Counted from the first letter of the stretch, positions 1-12,963 are shown. The stretch is 64,000 bases of DNA from Blepharisma stoltei ATCC 30299 (GCA_965603825.1 CBFDEM010000057.1:434001-498000), one strand, 5' to 3'. Notes: generated by a model from the sequence alone, not told the origin. Numbers and translations are program-made.

Positions 1-207
1 AGCAAACTCCCCGATGACAGCGTTGATTTAAGCAGTAATGTCCCTTATGTCCAAAGAAAAAGACCTAAGGTTTATAATTTAAGAAATAATTCAATCACAG
101 TTCGACACACAAAAACAAATGAAGTTGTTTCTAGCCAAAAAACCAGGTTTATCAGAATTCTTAAAAATTGTCCATCGCCTCAACCAACTGCTCAAGTGAA
201 AAATTAA
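1..207 (+). CDS. 3' end of a hypothetical protein (truncated by window start)
   Basis: Open frame 1 from base 1 (SKLPDDSVDLSSNVPYVQRKRPKV...) to TAA at 205-207, followed by AT-rich intergenic DNA. Confidence 0.6.
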   Translation, partial: SKLPDDSVDLSSNVPYVQRKRPKVYNLRNNSITVRHTKTNEVVSSQKTRFIRILKNCPSPQPTAQVKN

Positions 208-1085
208 TGTATTTTAAATTAATATAATTGAATTTCAAAAAAGCAGAAAATTTTAGTTATTTGAGATTTTCCTAGTTCTGTAGCTTTATGGTTATTCGCT
301 TTTTTCAATTTTACAAAACAAATAAATGGTGTCAGGTTTTTAATCTTTCAACTGATTGGGTTTTGCCATTATTTTATCTTAATTTCTCCAAATATCTCAA
401 CAATTTAATAAGGTACAATAAACTTGAAAGCTAGGTTCTTTGATGAATCTAAATTTAATAATTTAATTTTTTTCAATGAATTTTTTGTAGTATTTAGTCT
501 AAAATATTTAGAAAATATTTAAAAATCTAGATTAATAGTTCGAAGTAATATGGACTTGCAAGTAAATTATAAAATAACTCAAAAGAATTAATCAGATATA
601 CAGGTTTTATATAATTTTATTAGTCAAATTGCTCATTTACAATATTTATTTATTTATTTTATATTGTTATCGTCGTCATATGAAAGATCTCTAAAATTGG
701 ATTCTAATTTTTCTCCTGCGTTATACTAACTTTAATCATTACCTAAACAACATAAATATTTTATTTTATATGAATATTTTTAAATCTAACACTATGATGC
801 TTTTTACTAAACAGCTATAAGGATAGCTTGATGATAGAACTTTATTCATTATTTTTAAATCTCATTGACACTAGTATTTGATATTTCAATTATCATTTTT
901 ATTAATAATAACTAATATTTAAACAAAAAAGCTTTAGAAAGCATTAGTGGATCATATTATGAAATTTTAATTGATTTTTACATAATAAGTGAACTTGTCG
1001 ATTATCTAATTATAATCAACAAGAAACATCTAAAAGGCATAACTGCATAAGTAAATATAAATGTCTTTTTAATTAAAAATTATAA

Positions 1086-1619
1086 ATGAATGCTGTTCCC
1101 AGTAAAGAAATTTTACTACGAAAAAATGAAAATTCTCTGAGCCCAAACAAGCTGATTATTTTATCTCCCAAAGACCAAAAACCTCAACGAGTTAAAGTAA
1201 AAATTACAACTTATTACGCTCATAGAGATAGATTAAAATCCGATAAAATAATGTCATTAAATTCTAGTCCAAAATCATCTCAAGACAAATCAACTGGATT
1301 TTATAAATTATACAACAGCAATGAATCAACTCCTAAAGCAGCTGAAAAACCTTTTAAATTTCCAAATTTGCCTATCTCACTGTCGAATAAAGTTATAAAA
1401 AAGCATAAAAATTTTTTGTTCCAAAATGACGACAATATGCTTGCTAGAGGTGTAAGTTTAAAAATTCTCCCAATCATAGTGTCTCCTTTAAAGCCAAGAG
1501 TGGTTAAAAACGAAATTAACGATAGAAGTTTAGGAAATTCACCAAATAAAAGATGAATTTATTCAAATTTTTCTTCTGCAAGTTCTATTAAAAGGGCTGC
1601 AAAATTGCAATCAGGGTAA
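1086..1619 (+). CDS. Hypothetical basic, Ser/Pro-rich protein (177 aa)
   Basis: ORF 1086..1556 extended through TGA(W) 1554-1556 to TAA 1617-1619; no recognisable domain. Confidence 0.6.
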
Positions 1620-1847
1620 TTTAAGAGTCTTGTATAGAATAATATAAGCTGCATAACTAAGTTAATTATAATAATATATGATGGAAATAAAAGAAAATCC
1701 TATTGAATAGTTAATGTTAATTATTTGACCCTTCTAAGCTTTAGAAATGATTTTTCTACTCTTGATATCATTTTTGCTATTAAACTGTATTTTTAATAAA
1801 TTTATGATGAATTAATTTATGTTGTAGCAAATAAATAAATTATCTTT

Positions 1848-4610
1848 ATGGCTAAGGGAAAATTGCAAAAAAAGCTTATGTGCAAGACTCTTGGCCCAAT
1901 GATATTAGGAATGATTTGCACTGTCTTTATTTCATATATTCCTTTTTATTTCCAGTACCCTTCTTGGATAGATTCTATTACAGACAAAATGTTAAATGAT
2001 CAACAAAAAACTTTGCTTCAATTAACTAACAACTTAGCCTCATCCACAGGGTGATCTTTACAATATCCTGTAAATTTTGTTCTTTTAATGAAAACTCTTA
2101 TAGAAGAATACTACGGTGGAACCTTAAAAGTAAAATCAGATTTCAATTCTGCGAATAATTATGTTAATGCTAGATCATTTGCTTTTGGAGAAGTAGAAGG
2201 GTTTGACAATAAAAGTATTTATTATGATTATTCTATGTGATATCTAGGCCCGCATCTTTTAGAAACTAGTGAGCTCAACTCAGCGCAGCTTCTTGAGCTT
2301 AATACTTCAGGGGTTTTCGACTCGTTTTTGAAACCAATTGCCTTGCTCAAGGCAAATTATTCAGGAATTTTAGATGTGTCGTATATTGCTTGGGATCAGG
2401 AAGGCTTATTTTACATGCAGCCACTTGGGTGAGAAACATATTATGTGGATTTTGAGCAAAAAAATTGCTCCTATATAAATGAAACTGAATCCTACTATGA
2501 TCCAAGGTGTAGATTTTGATACAAGGCTCTTAAGAATAGCACAAATCAGAATTTAGCTGTTATTAATAAGCCTTACGTGTTCGCAAGTGGAGCTTTGGGA
2601 CAAACTGTATGTGCAGGCTACTACCCAAATAAAGAACTTGAAATTGCTGGCTGTATCGATTATTTACTAGAAAATATAAAAAAAATCCTGGAGGTTGTAA
2701 ACATCCCAGGCTCAAAATACGCATTTGCAGTAACTACTGACGCTGTCCCATTTATTCACCCTAAACTCAACACAAATGCTTCTGAATTGCCGTCTATCCA
2801 AGAACTTGAATTTGGTGCAGATAATCTTGATTCTTCTGAGTGCGGAAAATTCAACGATACTATTTTTATAGATTTGCAAGGAGATAGAGCTTTAACCTCA
2901 ACTTATGACGTTCAGCAGAAAAAATATTTAATCGCTATTTCACCAATTAATTTAACGATGGGGATGGATGGGACTATTGAAAGGATTGGAAGTATTGGCA
3001 TTCGGCTTGCTGAAGAGTATATGACAGCAAATTTTAATGATCTGAAGGACTCGTTGAAAAATATTATTTATATTGAAGGAATTGTGCTCATTTTTGTGCT
3101 CACAGGGATTTTGATTATGTGCTGGCTGCTGACACGATGAGTTACTGAACAGATCGTGAGGCCGATGGACGATTTATTGGAAATCCTTGATAGGATGATG
3201 AATGGAGATTTAGATGTAGACATCGAAGATCATTATCAAGTTTGCTCACAGGAACTGACCAGCTTGTACTCAGTTTTTGGAAAGCTGAAAGTGGTTTTGA
3301 GGTTTAGAGAAAAGGTGTATTTTTCTGAAGAGTCTAGAGCAGTCATGAACTATGCTCAAGCTTTAGCTTTATTTAACGAATTTCGGAATATAAAAGGTGC
3401 TGGAATCTGCTATAATAACCTTGGAACAATACACTTCAAAAACAAAAGATATTACCAAGCTGCTGAGTGTTTTGCCAAAGCTTTAGAATGCGCAGAAATG
3501 CTCAACCAAAGCAATGAATTGATAATAAAAAGAAAGCATCTTCTAGCCAAAGCATTACTGCATACAAAGAATAATGATAGAAGAGCCGTAAATTTATTGC
3601 TGGATATAGCAGACAGCTATAAAACTGACACAGACGATTACTCCAAGCTTGTGTCTTGTCTATTAGAAGTAGCAGAAGTTTTAATCAAAAATTGGGGAGA
3701 AGGTAGACATCAGCTTATAGAAGCTGAAGGTATTTTAGATCGAGAAGGGACGTTTTCGACTCCCAAAAATATATTATATGAAAGACTGCTGTACTGCAAA
3801 GGCTTATTGCTTGTGAAGCAAAAAAAGCTAAAAGATGCGTGCAAGACTTTCACAGAAGCATTAGAAATCAATGCAGATTATGACCCTGATGTTAGGAAAA
3901 GCTGCCTAGAAGAGCTGCTAAAAATTTTCAAAGAGCACAATCAGCCGACTTTTCAAATAGAAGAGCTTCTTGAAGACTTTGAAGACCCTCCAAAAGATAT
4001 AGTGTTTGTCTTGGATTACAGTCTTTCAATGAATGGTAGCCGAATCCAAAAAGCGCTAAACAGCATTATCAATGTGATTGATGAGCACGTTAGACCAATT
4101 GATAAAATCGGGTTCATTATTTTTAACAAACAATGTGAAGTTGTATTTAATCTCACCCATAGAGGAAATGATCCTTCTCACTTAAAATCTCAAATCATGA
4201 GATGAGACAGTCCGAAAGGTGGCACTGCATTTTATGATGCAATTATGTTGGCTTTGGAAGAATTCCAAGCTTATAGGACACAAAGCCTGTCAATTCTACC
4301 ATTCGAAGATGTATGCAAAAAAGTATCAAAGAGGCTACAATGGATCGTAGCACTAACAGATGGAGAAGATAATGCAAGCAAAACGCCTTATTTAAAGCTA
4401 AAGAAAAAGCTGAGAAAATCTAAAGCAAATTTGGTAACTATTGGCCTAAATTTAAGCAGAACTGTGATGCCAATTATTGCGAACTTGTGCGAAGCCACTG
4501 CAAAAGGAATTTTTATTGAAAGCGCATCACTGGCAGATTTAGACTTAGCGTTTAAAACGTTGATTTCTTTGGTGGCTTGCAATATGCAAACAATAGAAAG
4601 TCTGGATTAA
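1848..4610 (+). CDS. Membrane receptor-like protein: TM - dCache - TM - HAMP - TPR - vWA (920 aa)
   Basis: Four track ORFs are in one frame, separated only by TGA. YDPRCRFWY dCache motif; HAMP-like RPMDDL..RMMNGDLD..QELTSL; TPR GICYNNLGTIHF; vWA MIDAS DYSLS / GGT / LTDGED. Confidence 0.88.
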
Positions 4611-4625
4611 ATGTAATTATATAAA

Positions 4626-5978
4626 TTATGATCTGAGCCATTGCGCTATATAAGCTTTTATATAAGTCCTGGCTCGAGTTAATGAGGCTGGGTCTGTGGA
4701 GTTAGGAGTTTTAAAATCTATGCAGTGCCCACAGAAATCGCATTCAATTTTGAGGATAGGCCTCGCCTCAGTGCTTACTGCATTGTTACTGGCCCATTGC
4801 CATGGATCTTCACTTCCATTTGTATATACAATATTATTAGCTTTATAGCTTAGCCCAGCTGCAGTAATATTGGTGTTTGGCAGTGTTATCCCTCCTGGAT
4901 ACGAATAAATTTGTTGGCAATACCAGTTCCAAAACGTCATATTTAAATAAGAAGGCCTCATTTGATACTCTGAAGGAGTCTGAAGTCACCCGAATTGCTG
5001 GCATTGCTGCCACCACCATTGTCGATCCATTACATTTTGCGCAATGTTTAAATTCTTTAGTGCAGAAACTGCATAAGCATTAGGATTAGCTAGTCCATAA
5101 GTGTTTCCCACAATAGAAACTTGTTTTAGCTTGTCCCATGGACTTGAAGCTGAATTCAACGCCTGGCATAGCTCCACTCTTTTTCCATACTGAACCATTT
5201 CTGCCATAGTATCTGCAATATACCAAAGTACTGTGATTTGGTCAGGATCATTACTAAAAACACTTGTCGCATTAAAAAGATCAGTAATAACTGTCATATT
5301 TCCAGCAATATATTGAGATTGGATCAAGTTATTGACTGATTTTATAGAATCCACACAGTTTTGGCCGCTTTTTGCAGTAGATATATAAACTTGTTTATCA
5401 AAGTCTGAAAAATCCAATATTGGCCTTACAACTGCTGAGGATGCCCAAGCTGCTGTTGCTAAATTTGGGTACCTGGTGCGGAACCATGCACTTAATGCAC
5501 CTGCATAACTCCCCCCTATAACCACCCATTTGGGAGGGATGGTGGTTTTCCTTATTTCTTGCATTTGAAAATTCATGTACCTGATAAACTGAGCGATATC
5601 AGCTAAAGCTTGGTCTACATCGTGGTATTGGAAAATTTGTTGAAATAATCCAGTGTTGTTTATAGGGATTGATACTCCATAATAACGATGCTCAAGTGAT
5701 ATATATCTTGCGGCATTTTCTTTAGCCACCTGCAATGGGAATAAAGACTTAGTTGTAGAGGTTACACCTTTGCATTCGGACTCTCCACACAAATATAAAA
5801 ATATCGGTCCACTAGCCACATTCCAATAATCATCTATCACATAGTATCTTTGTGAGAAAACTCCAGCTTCTTGTACAGGAATATGGAAGTGATCTATAGT
5901 CTGATTATAATAAAACACCTTTTGAGTGAAATTTTGAGCGCCCACAAGACCAAGGATCACACAAAATAAAGGCACCAT
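4626..5978 (-). CDS. Serine carboxypeptidase S28 family protein (secreted/lysosomal, 450 aa)
   Basis: Signal peptide, QTIDHF, LEHRYYG, GGSYAGALSAWFR nucleophile motif, GHCID catalytic His; two track ORFs joined through TGA (QQFG-W). Confidence 0.93.
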
Positions 5979-5987
5979 TATAACAAA

Positions 5988-7307
5988 ATGGAATTTTACC
6001 CAAACTTATTAGTCAGGATCCTCAGTTTGCAAGATGTAAAAGCTGTAGAAAAAGAAAAATGCTATATTGTCTTAAAGCTGGGCGCACAAACTTTTTACTC
6101 AGGAACTTTTCAGATGAAAGAATATACAGAAATCAACCAAAACTTCGGTAACTTATATGTAGATGTCAAATTTACTCATTCGAAAGCTGTTCTTTTTATA
6201 TATCGCAAGTCTCTGCTAACTGCTGACTTTTTGGTAGGCCAAGGAGAAGTGCACTTGCAAGCAGAGCAATTCGGGAATCACATGGTAAAGATTTACAATC
6301 ATAATAATTGCGAATTTTTTGGGACTCTTTCTATACAGGTTACGCTGAAAACAGAAGGATCGGCAATAGATTCTTTATTTTCTATGGTAGAAGATAATAA
6401 AAAACAAGGATTAAGCCCAATTAAGATGGGAGACAACCTTAGACAATTTGTTTTTACGATTACCCCAATAGTGAATCTACATTATTTTATAGTTGATGTG
6501 TACACATGAAGGAATCCTTTACGGTCAGCATTTGTGTGTTGCCTCATTTATCTTTTAAACCAAAATTCGGCTTGAATTCCAGGGCTTTCTATTGTGCTAA
6601 TTTGACTATGAATGATGCATTCTGCCATGAAAAAGTATCATACTATCTCACATACTAATGACGCACAATTCGCAAAAAATTTATTGTTTATTCAAGAATT
6701 CATGGGAAATATCATAATTGTGTCCGAGGTAGTAAACAAATGAATTGAGAGAATCATTTATTGATCAGATCCAGAGTGTGCCAAAAAATTTCAAAAATTG
6801 ATAGAAATTCTTTTTATTCCGACACTTATATTTGGATATTGCTTTTCAGTTTTGAGTTTTATACCTTACATTTTGATATGATCAATTATTGTGAAAAGCC
6901 CTTTTCTTAATGCCGCTATAAATTTAGTGGTTTGTAGATTGAAAACTAAAGCTGATGTTATTATTAGTGCTTCGATAAATAAGCAGGAAGAAAAGCCCGA
7001 AGTTAAGCAAGAAGATCAAAGGGTCTATAGAATTTATGAAAACCAGAGACTATGACTTGGAAAATGGAAAGATTTTACATTACCCACTGAAAGAAAAAAT
7101 TGAAGCGATGCGAATGGCGAAGCAATGACTCGAGAATCAGTCATAGCACCCCAAGGCTGGAAATGGATAGATGAATGGCATATAGACAGCATTTTAATTA
7201 CAGATTGGGAGTATGCCACTGATTTTACCAAACAATTTCATCCACAAAAGGAATTCTTTGACTTAGTTAGAAGAAGGTGTTGGATACGCCATGCTGCAAA
7301 GGAATAA
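5988..7307 (+). CDS. C2 domain + reticulon-homology-like membrane region + DysF (Pex24/Pex30-type) protein (439 aa)
   Basis: Single frame with 9 TGA. N-terminal C2-like beta region (DFLVGQGEVHL); WRNP and YWSDP flank hydrophobic segments; DysF motifs IYENQRLWLGKW..LPTERKNWSD and WEYATDF..VRRRCWIR. Confidence 0.85.
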
Positions 7308-7324
7308 TTTAAATAAATGAATTT

Positions 7325-8953
7325 TTAATTTTCTCCTAACACTTTGAGTGCAGTTTCTATGATCTTTTTATTATACTTTGCTTCAGCTGGTGAAAACTGG
7401 GTTTCTCTGATCTCTTTCTCTTCTTTATCTTTCATTTGCTGGCTGAGTGCTTCTCTTAAGTCTTTTTGTTTTTGCATCCTCATACTAAGTTTTTCTCTTT
7501 CTTCATTAATAAATTCTATTTCTCTATCATTTATTTCTTTTCTTGCTTTTCGCAGACTTTCTTCTTCTTCCCGCTTTTTTAAAGCTTTTTCTTCCATATG
7601 ATGGCTAAGAATCTTCAAATCTTCCATTTTTTTCCTAATTTTTCTGTCCCTCTGTAGTAATTTTTCTCTAAATAATATTTACGAATTTTCTTCTTTTTGG
7701 TTTTTTCTTGCTTGCTCTTCTTCATGTCTTCTTATTTCTCTTTCATACTCAAGTAGGCTTATAGCAGGTCTGTGCTGCATATATTTTACCAGTTTGCTCA
7801 ATCTTTCTTCATCATTGGCTTTGTCCATAAATGTCTTCACAAAATCAGCTCTTTTATTTTCATTTTCAATGATTTTTTTGCATGACTGGTCCAGCAAAAA
7901 TTTTTCCATCTCAATTTCTTTTAGTTTCGCTTCCTTTCTTTTTCATTCTTTTTCTTCAGCTAAAATTTTTAATTCTTCTGCGTTTTTTCTCAGTCTTTCA
8001 GCTTTGATTTCTTTTCAGGCATTTTCTTCTAAAGTGTTGATTTCTCATGATTTTTTTATTTTTTCAGCATCAAGCTTGCTTTGATATATTCTCATTCTTT
8101 GCTTTTCCATTCCTTCTTTTATGATATTTTCATTTGCTGCGTTGTTTTCATTGATTAACTGCCTCTTGAAAATCCTTTTATCTCTTTCTGTCTTGTAGAA
8201 TTCGCCAACACTTTTATCAAGATCTTCTTTATAGCTCAGCAATTCTTGTTTTTCTTTTTCTTTAGCTTCTTTAACTATGTTCATCTGTTCTAAAAGCTCT
8301 TTAGAATAAGATTTTTTTAGCTCTTTATTTTTAATTTTTTTGAATTTTTGCTCGTTTTCAAACATTATTTGATCTGCCTTCGTAATTTTCTCTCATTGGT
8401 TGCTTAATCTTCTTTTTCTATGAGGGCTTTTGCTCAGACCTGTAAATCTGTCTTCCTCAGAAAAGCCTAGAGATAAAGGATTAGAAGTTTTAAAAGGGCT
8501 TGGAAACTTTTCAGCCTTTGAAATGCTTTGACTTTGATAAACAGATGTAAGATGCTCAGGCTTATTTACAGATACAACTGAAACTACTTCTCTGAATTTT
8601 GGGATAGATGGCGATTTTCTCATCAAAGATATTTCATTCATTGGGCTTTTAATAGGAATTAAAACTAGCTTAGGAGTCTTAGATGAGGGTCTAATTGATT
8701 TAGGAGTCAATTCTTGAGATAAAAATATTTTGTTTGTTGGAGATAAACTTAGCCTATGTTTTGATGCTGGAATTCCTAATCTCTCAGTGATTTTTCTTTC
8801 CAAATATTCTGAATCTTCTACGCTAAAGGCTGCTATGTTTTTGCAATAATTTCTAATTACATTGGAGATTATTTTGCGATGTGAAGCATTGTTTCCAAAT
8901 TTTTTCAACAACTTACTTAAAAACTCCTTTAAAGCTTCATCTTTGTTGCTCAT
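7325..8953 (-). CDS. Coiled-coil protein (possibly ciliary/cytoskeletal), one 15-nt intron
   Basis: Four track ORFs in one frame, joined through TGA codons and intron 7668-7682; E/K/R-rich C-terminal two thirds. Confidence 0.8.
7668..7682 (-). other. 15-nt spliceosomal intron
   Basis: gtaaatattatttag; removal deletes an in-frame TAA and keeps the frame. Confidence 0.88.
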
Positions 8954-9362
8954 TAAAATCGTTAATATAGTTCCTAATTACAAAAATCACAGTAAATTTT
9001 CAATATAATTTAATAGATGATACTAATATCTCTTACTGTTTTAGGCTCAATTTTTTGTGAATTTAAATTATCTTATATATCAAAATTAATTAATAATAAA
9101 ATGATTTTTAAATTATTAAAGTCATTCATCAAATAAATATATTTTTTAATCATTGACAAATTCTATTTAAAAAAAACTCGTAAGACTTGCAAGATTTCTT
9201 ATAACATTAACTTATATTTTACACGAGTATTTAATTTATTCTTTTGGTTTTTTAAAGCTATTAAATGCTAATAAAGCAATTCTATTACCAAAATTTTGAT
9301 TTATTGGTTTCATTCCTCAAATCTATACCCTACACTAAAAAATTTACTACTTAATATAATAT

Positions 9363-9896
9363 ATGGCAGACAAAAAAGAAATTCGTAGTATTGATGACAT
9401 TCCATCGCTAAATGAGCTCATAGATAAAAACGTACAAAAAGCACACAAGTTAGCAAGAATAGGGAAAACTGCAATGGAAATCAATTCAATTTTAGAAACA
9501 AAAAGCTCAATCGTCAAAAATTGCCTGTTTAAAAATTTTGTTTACCTTGAAGATTCAGATAAAATGCTTATAGATAATGCATGCTATAGGTATCTAGCAA
9601 TAGGGATAGGGACTCTTTCATTTTCGATAGGAGTAAACCTAGGATTAGGAAGGATAACTAAGGGGAAAATCTATAATTATAATAGGCTTTGGAGATGGGG
9701 ATTTCGAACAATTCTATTAACTGCGCCCTTGCTTGTGTTTTCAGATTATGCTTATTCAGCATATACAAGAGTTTCTTTATATTTGGAAGATAAATACTCT
9801 GAAAGAGTCAAGGAATATATGAAAACTGAGGATCCTTTATCTTTAAATCCAAAGTTTTACCAAGAAAATCCTGATTTTAAACAAAAAGCAAGCTAA
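9363..9896 (+). CDS. Hypothetical small two-TM membrane protein (177 aa)
   Basis: Clean ATG..TAA ORF with two moderately hydrophobic segments (YLAIGIGTLSFSIGVNLGL; WGFRTILLTAPLLVF). Confidence 0.75.
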   Translation: MADKKEIRSIDDIPSLNELIDKNVQKAHKLARIGKTAMEINSILETKSSIVKNCLFKNFVYLEDSDKMLIDNACYRYLAIGIGTLSFSIGVNLGLGRITKGKIYNYNRLWRWGFRTILLTAPLLVFSDYAYSAYTRVSLYLEDKYSERVKEYMKTEDPLSLNPKFYQENPDFKQKAS

Positions 9897-10077
9897 TTAA
9901 AATCCACATAAAAATCTTAAATCGCTAGTTTAACTAATTTTCGTATTAATAGCTGATTTATTCAAACAAAGGAGGCATTGTTTTAAAAATTTTGATAATA
10001 ATCTTATTAAATTTCAAGATAATTTGTAAGTAATAAATCTAAACCTCAAATGATTTGACAATAATTGTTTGGTCAAT

Positions 10078-10839
10078 ATGGAGGCTCAAGAAAATCAAGC
10101 TGGTGGACACACTGGAAGATTTGTCCAAAGAGATGGAAAAATCCTTAAAAAGGCTAAAGCTCCAGAAAGAGCGTTCTACGCTTTCCTTTATTCTCCTGAG
10201 CTCCAAGACGAGCACTTAATTGAATTCAGAAAATTCCCTCCAGCATATTATGGCACTGAAACAGTCAATGGCAAAACTCACATGATTTTAGAAGACCTGA
10301 CAATAAATTATCAGCATGCAAGCCTTCTCGACTGCAAATTAGGCAGAATCACCTATAGCAGAGATCAAGCTCAAATAAAAATCGACCATCAAATTGCCAA
10401 GCAAGCTACCACTACAAGTGGAAGTTTAGGATTCAGGATAGCAGGAATCTGTATAAAAGATGATGCTGGGAATATCACTGAATCTTGGTCTCACCACGGA
10501 AAGCATTTAAACATCAATAAAGACAATATTTATGAGCAATTCTTGAAAGCTGTCACCAGAAATGGCCAAGTTCAACCACACGTTATTAATAAGTTTATTG
10601 CTGATACTGAAGAAATCCTTGCTTGGTGGAGAAAACAAAGATCAAAGCACTTTATTACAACTTCTCTGTTATATATTAATGGGATTAATGGATGCCAAAC
10701 AAGAATTGTCGATTTCTCAAGAGTTTATGATGCAGAAGGGACTGAAGATAACAGTAATTTCTAATTAGATGTGATTGAAGGACTTGAAAATGTTATCAGA
10801 ATATGGCACCAAGTGAAGCAAGTAAGTGGCTTAGAGTAA
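10078..10839 (+). CDS. Inositol polyphosphate kinase (IPK/IPMK family), one 15-nt intron
   Basis: QAGGH, LEDLT, LLDCKLG, SGSLGFRIAG, TSLLY and IVDF motifs; C-terminal IEGLENVIRIW helix restored after intron removal. Confidence 0.9.
10754..10768 (+). other. 15-nt spliceosomal intron
   Basis: gtaatttctaattag; removes an in-frame TAA and restores the IPK C-terminus. Confidence 0.9.
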
Positions 10840-11182
10840 TTAAGTCTATTAATTAAACTAATGCATATCAAAATGAGGAAGAGATACTCATTTAACTATG
10901 CTTATTTTATATTAGATAAAATTTTTATGATTTTTAAAATTAAATCAACAAACCTTCACTCCCTCAAAAATTATTATAACTTTATAATTATAATTACAGA
11001 TATTTATATAATTTTTTAAATATAAATATAATTAACTTTATATATAAATGTATGTAATTTTATTGCTCTAAAAAACTTGGAATAATTTTTTAAATTTTAT
11101 CCCAGAATTTAGGTTAATTATATGGGGGCATATTAAGTTAATTTTAATAGGTTAATAAATCATTATAATTTCTTCAAAGAAG

Positions 11183-12523
11183 ATGCTTTTAGACTCAGAA
11201 TACTCTTCACAAACAACTGACACAAATGGAGATCCTATTTATAAATTTCAAGATGAAGATGAAGATGAAGAATGCCTTGTTATCAACACCACTTTTCCAA
11301 GCCAACCAGATCCAATCCCACCTCCAACAGATAATAAAGAAAATAAAGAAGTAAAGCATGCTGTCAAAAAATCAGCAACTAAAATTATTTTTGATTCATC
11401 ACAGCCCCAATTTAATGAAAATAAAGAAATTTTGGATTTTTCAAACGAAAAGATGGATCTAGATCAGGATTCTGGAAACAAAACAATTAAGCATGCTGTG
11501 AAAAAGTGTGCAACAAAGGTAGTTTTTGAAGAAGGGGAAAGCCAGATGAATGAGGGGAAACAGCAGAAAAGGAAAAAGAAAGGTGAAAGGGAAAGTTTTG
11601 GGATTTCGCAACAATCTGAGGAGAAAATAGGGAAAAAACGGGGTAGGAAAGGCAAGAAAGACGCAGATATTAATGATCCTGGCAAAAAGCAGAAAACTAA
11701 CAAAGAGTCAGCATCAGAACCAAAATCAGATGGGGAGACCGATAATAACCCTGATGGATTAGTTCTTAAAGTTAAGGGGACTAAGGAGCACGAAACAGTA
11801 GCGCATGAAGAGAGCGAAAACCCCGCTGCAAAAGAAAATCCCAGCAACAGTGAGGTATCAGTCCCTCAGCAGGAGAATAGACCAAATCCAGAAGATGAAG
11901 AAGCAATTCTTACAAAAAGCACAAGAGAAATTGGTGCTTTAAAGGTTTTTGATGATAAAGCAGCAAAAAAAAGATCAAAAGTATCAAAAAGACCTAAAAT
12001 ACAGCCATGACTTCCAAGGCCGTACAAAAAAATTTCTAAGCCACAGCCCAAGCCTCCACAAGAAGTCCCCTTGGTTGATAAAATATCGGCACTAAACCAG
12101 TTGAAAATTGGTTATATGAACAAGAAGAAAATTGCAATGGCAAAGCTAGAAAATATCAAGGGAGAATATAGCCAAATTAAAGGTGAAAACATTCAAGAGT
12201 CTCAATTAAGAATTTTCAATGAAGATATACAATTAAAAATGCAAAACAATGAGCCTGGAACGCTAAGCGATCTTTGCAGAAGGCTTAAAACTTTCCTTAG
12301 GGATAATGCTCAAGTTGGATTGAATTCTTACATACTTAAAAATAACGAAGATCTGTATATTCTATTCAACAAAAATGAAATTCCTTATGATGATTTGCCT
12401 AATATAGTGTTGAATAGGTCATCAATTTATAGAGAAGGAGATGCTAGAAAGAAAGCCAAATTAGATCCAGATACAACAAAAAGCGATGAAGTTGACTATT
12501 CGTTCAATCCAAGCAAAAAGTAA
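11183..12523 (+). CDS. Hypothetical low-complexity, probably nuclear protein (446 aa)
   Basis: Two ORFs in one frame joined through TGA 12008-12010; basic NLS-like clusters (KRKKK, KKRGRKGKK); duplicated KHAVKKxATK motif. Confidence 0.75.
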
Positions 12524-12963
12524 TAGTATATAAGATTTTGTAAGTATTTAATAGATCATTTAATTCAGCATATTTTTACACATCTTAAAATCATTTTTCG
12601 CTAAGTTTTTAAGTAGAATTGCAATTTGATAGTCAGAAACGGAAAAAGATTTTTTTCCATATCTTAATCACATAGGCAATATACATACAAGAATGAATTA
12701 AACCCGGATTTAAATATAGCAACTTAGGATCGTAATTTATGGAAAATAAAAATCAATTGCTAAACCAGCTCAAATTCAAACATAAAATTCAATCAAATCC
12801 CTGACATATAATCTAAATCTCTTTCTCTATTTTTACCTTTCTCAAATTTCCTTCAATTAACTCCCTTCAAATCTCCATTTATGATACAAACCTCCACATC
12901 CCATTAAAAAGAGCCACCGAACATTCTTATTTCAATTATTTATTAATTTTTCGAATAATAATA

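Noticed and set aside
12780-12930. C-rich, G-poor tract upstream of CLASP as a hidden gene
   Set aside because: The frame checked closes quickly at TAA and no motif was recognised; likely leader or promoter composition
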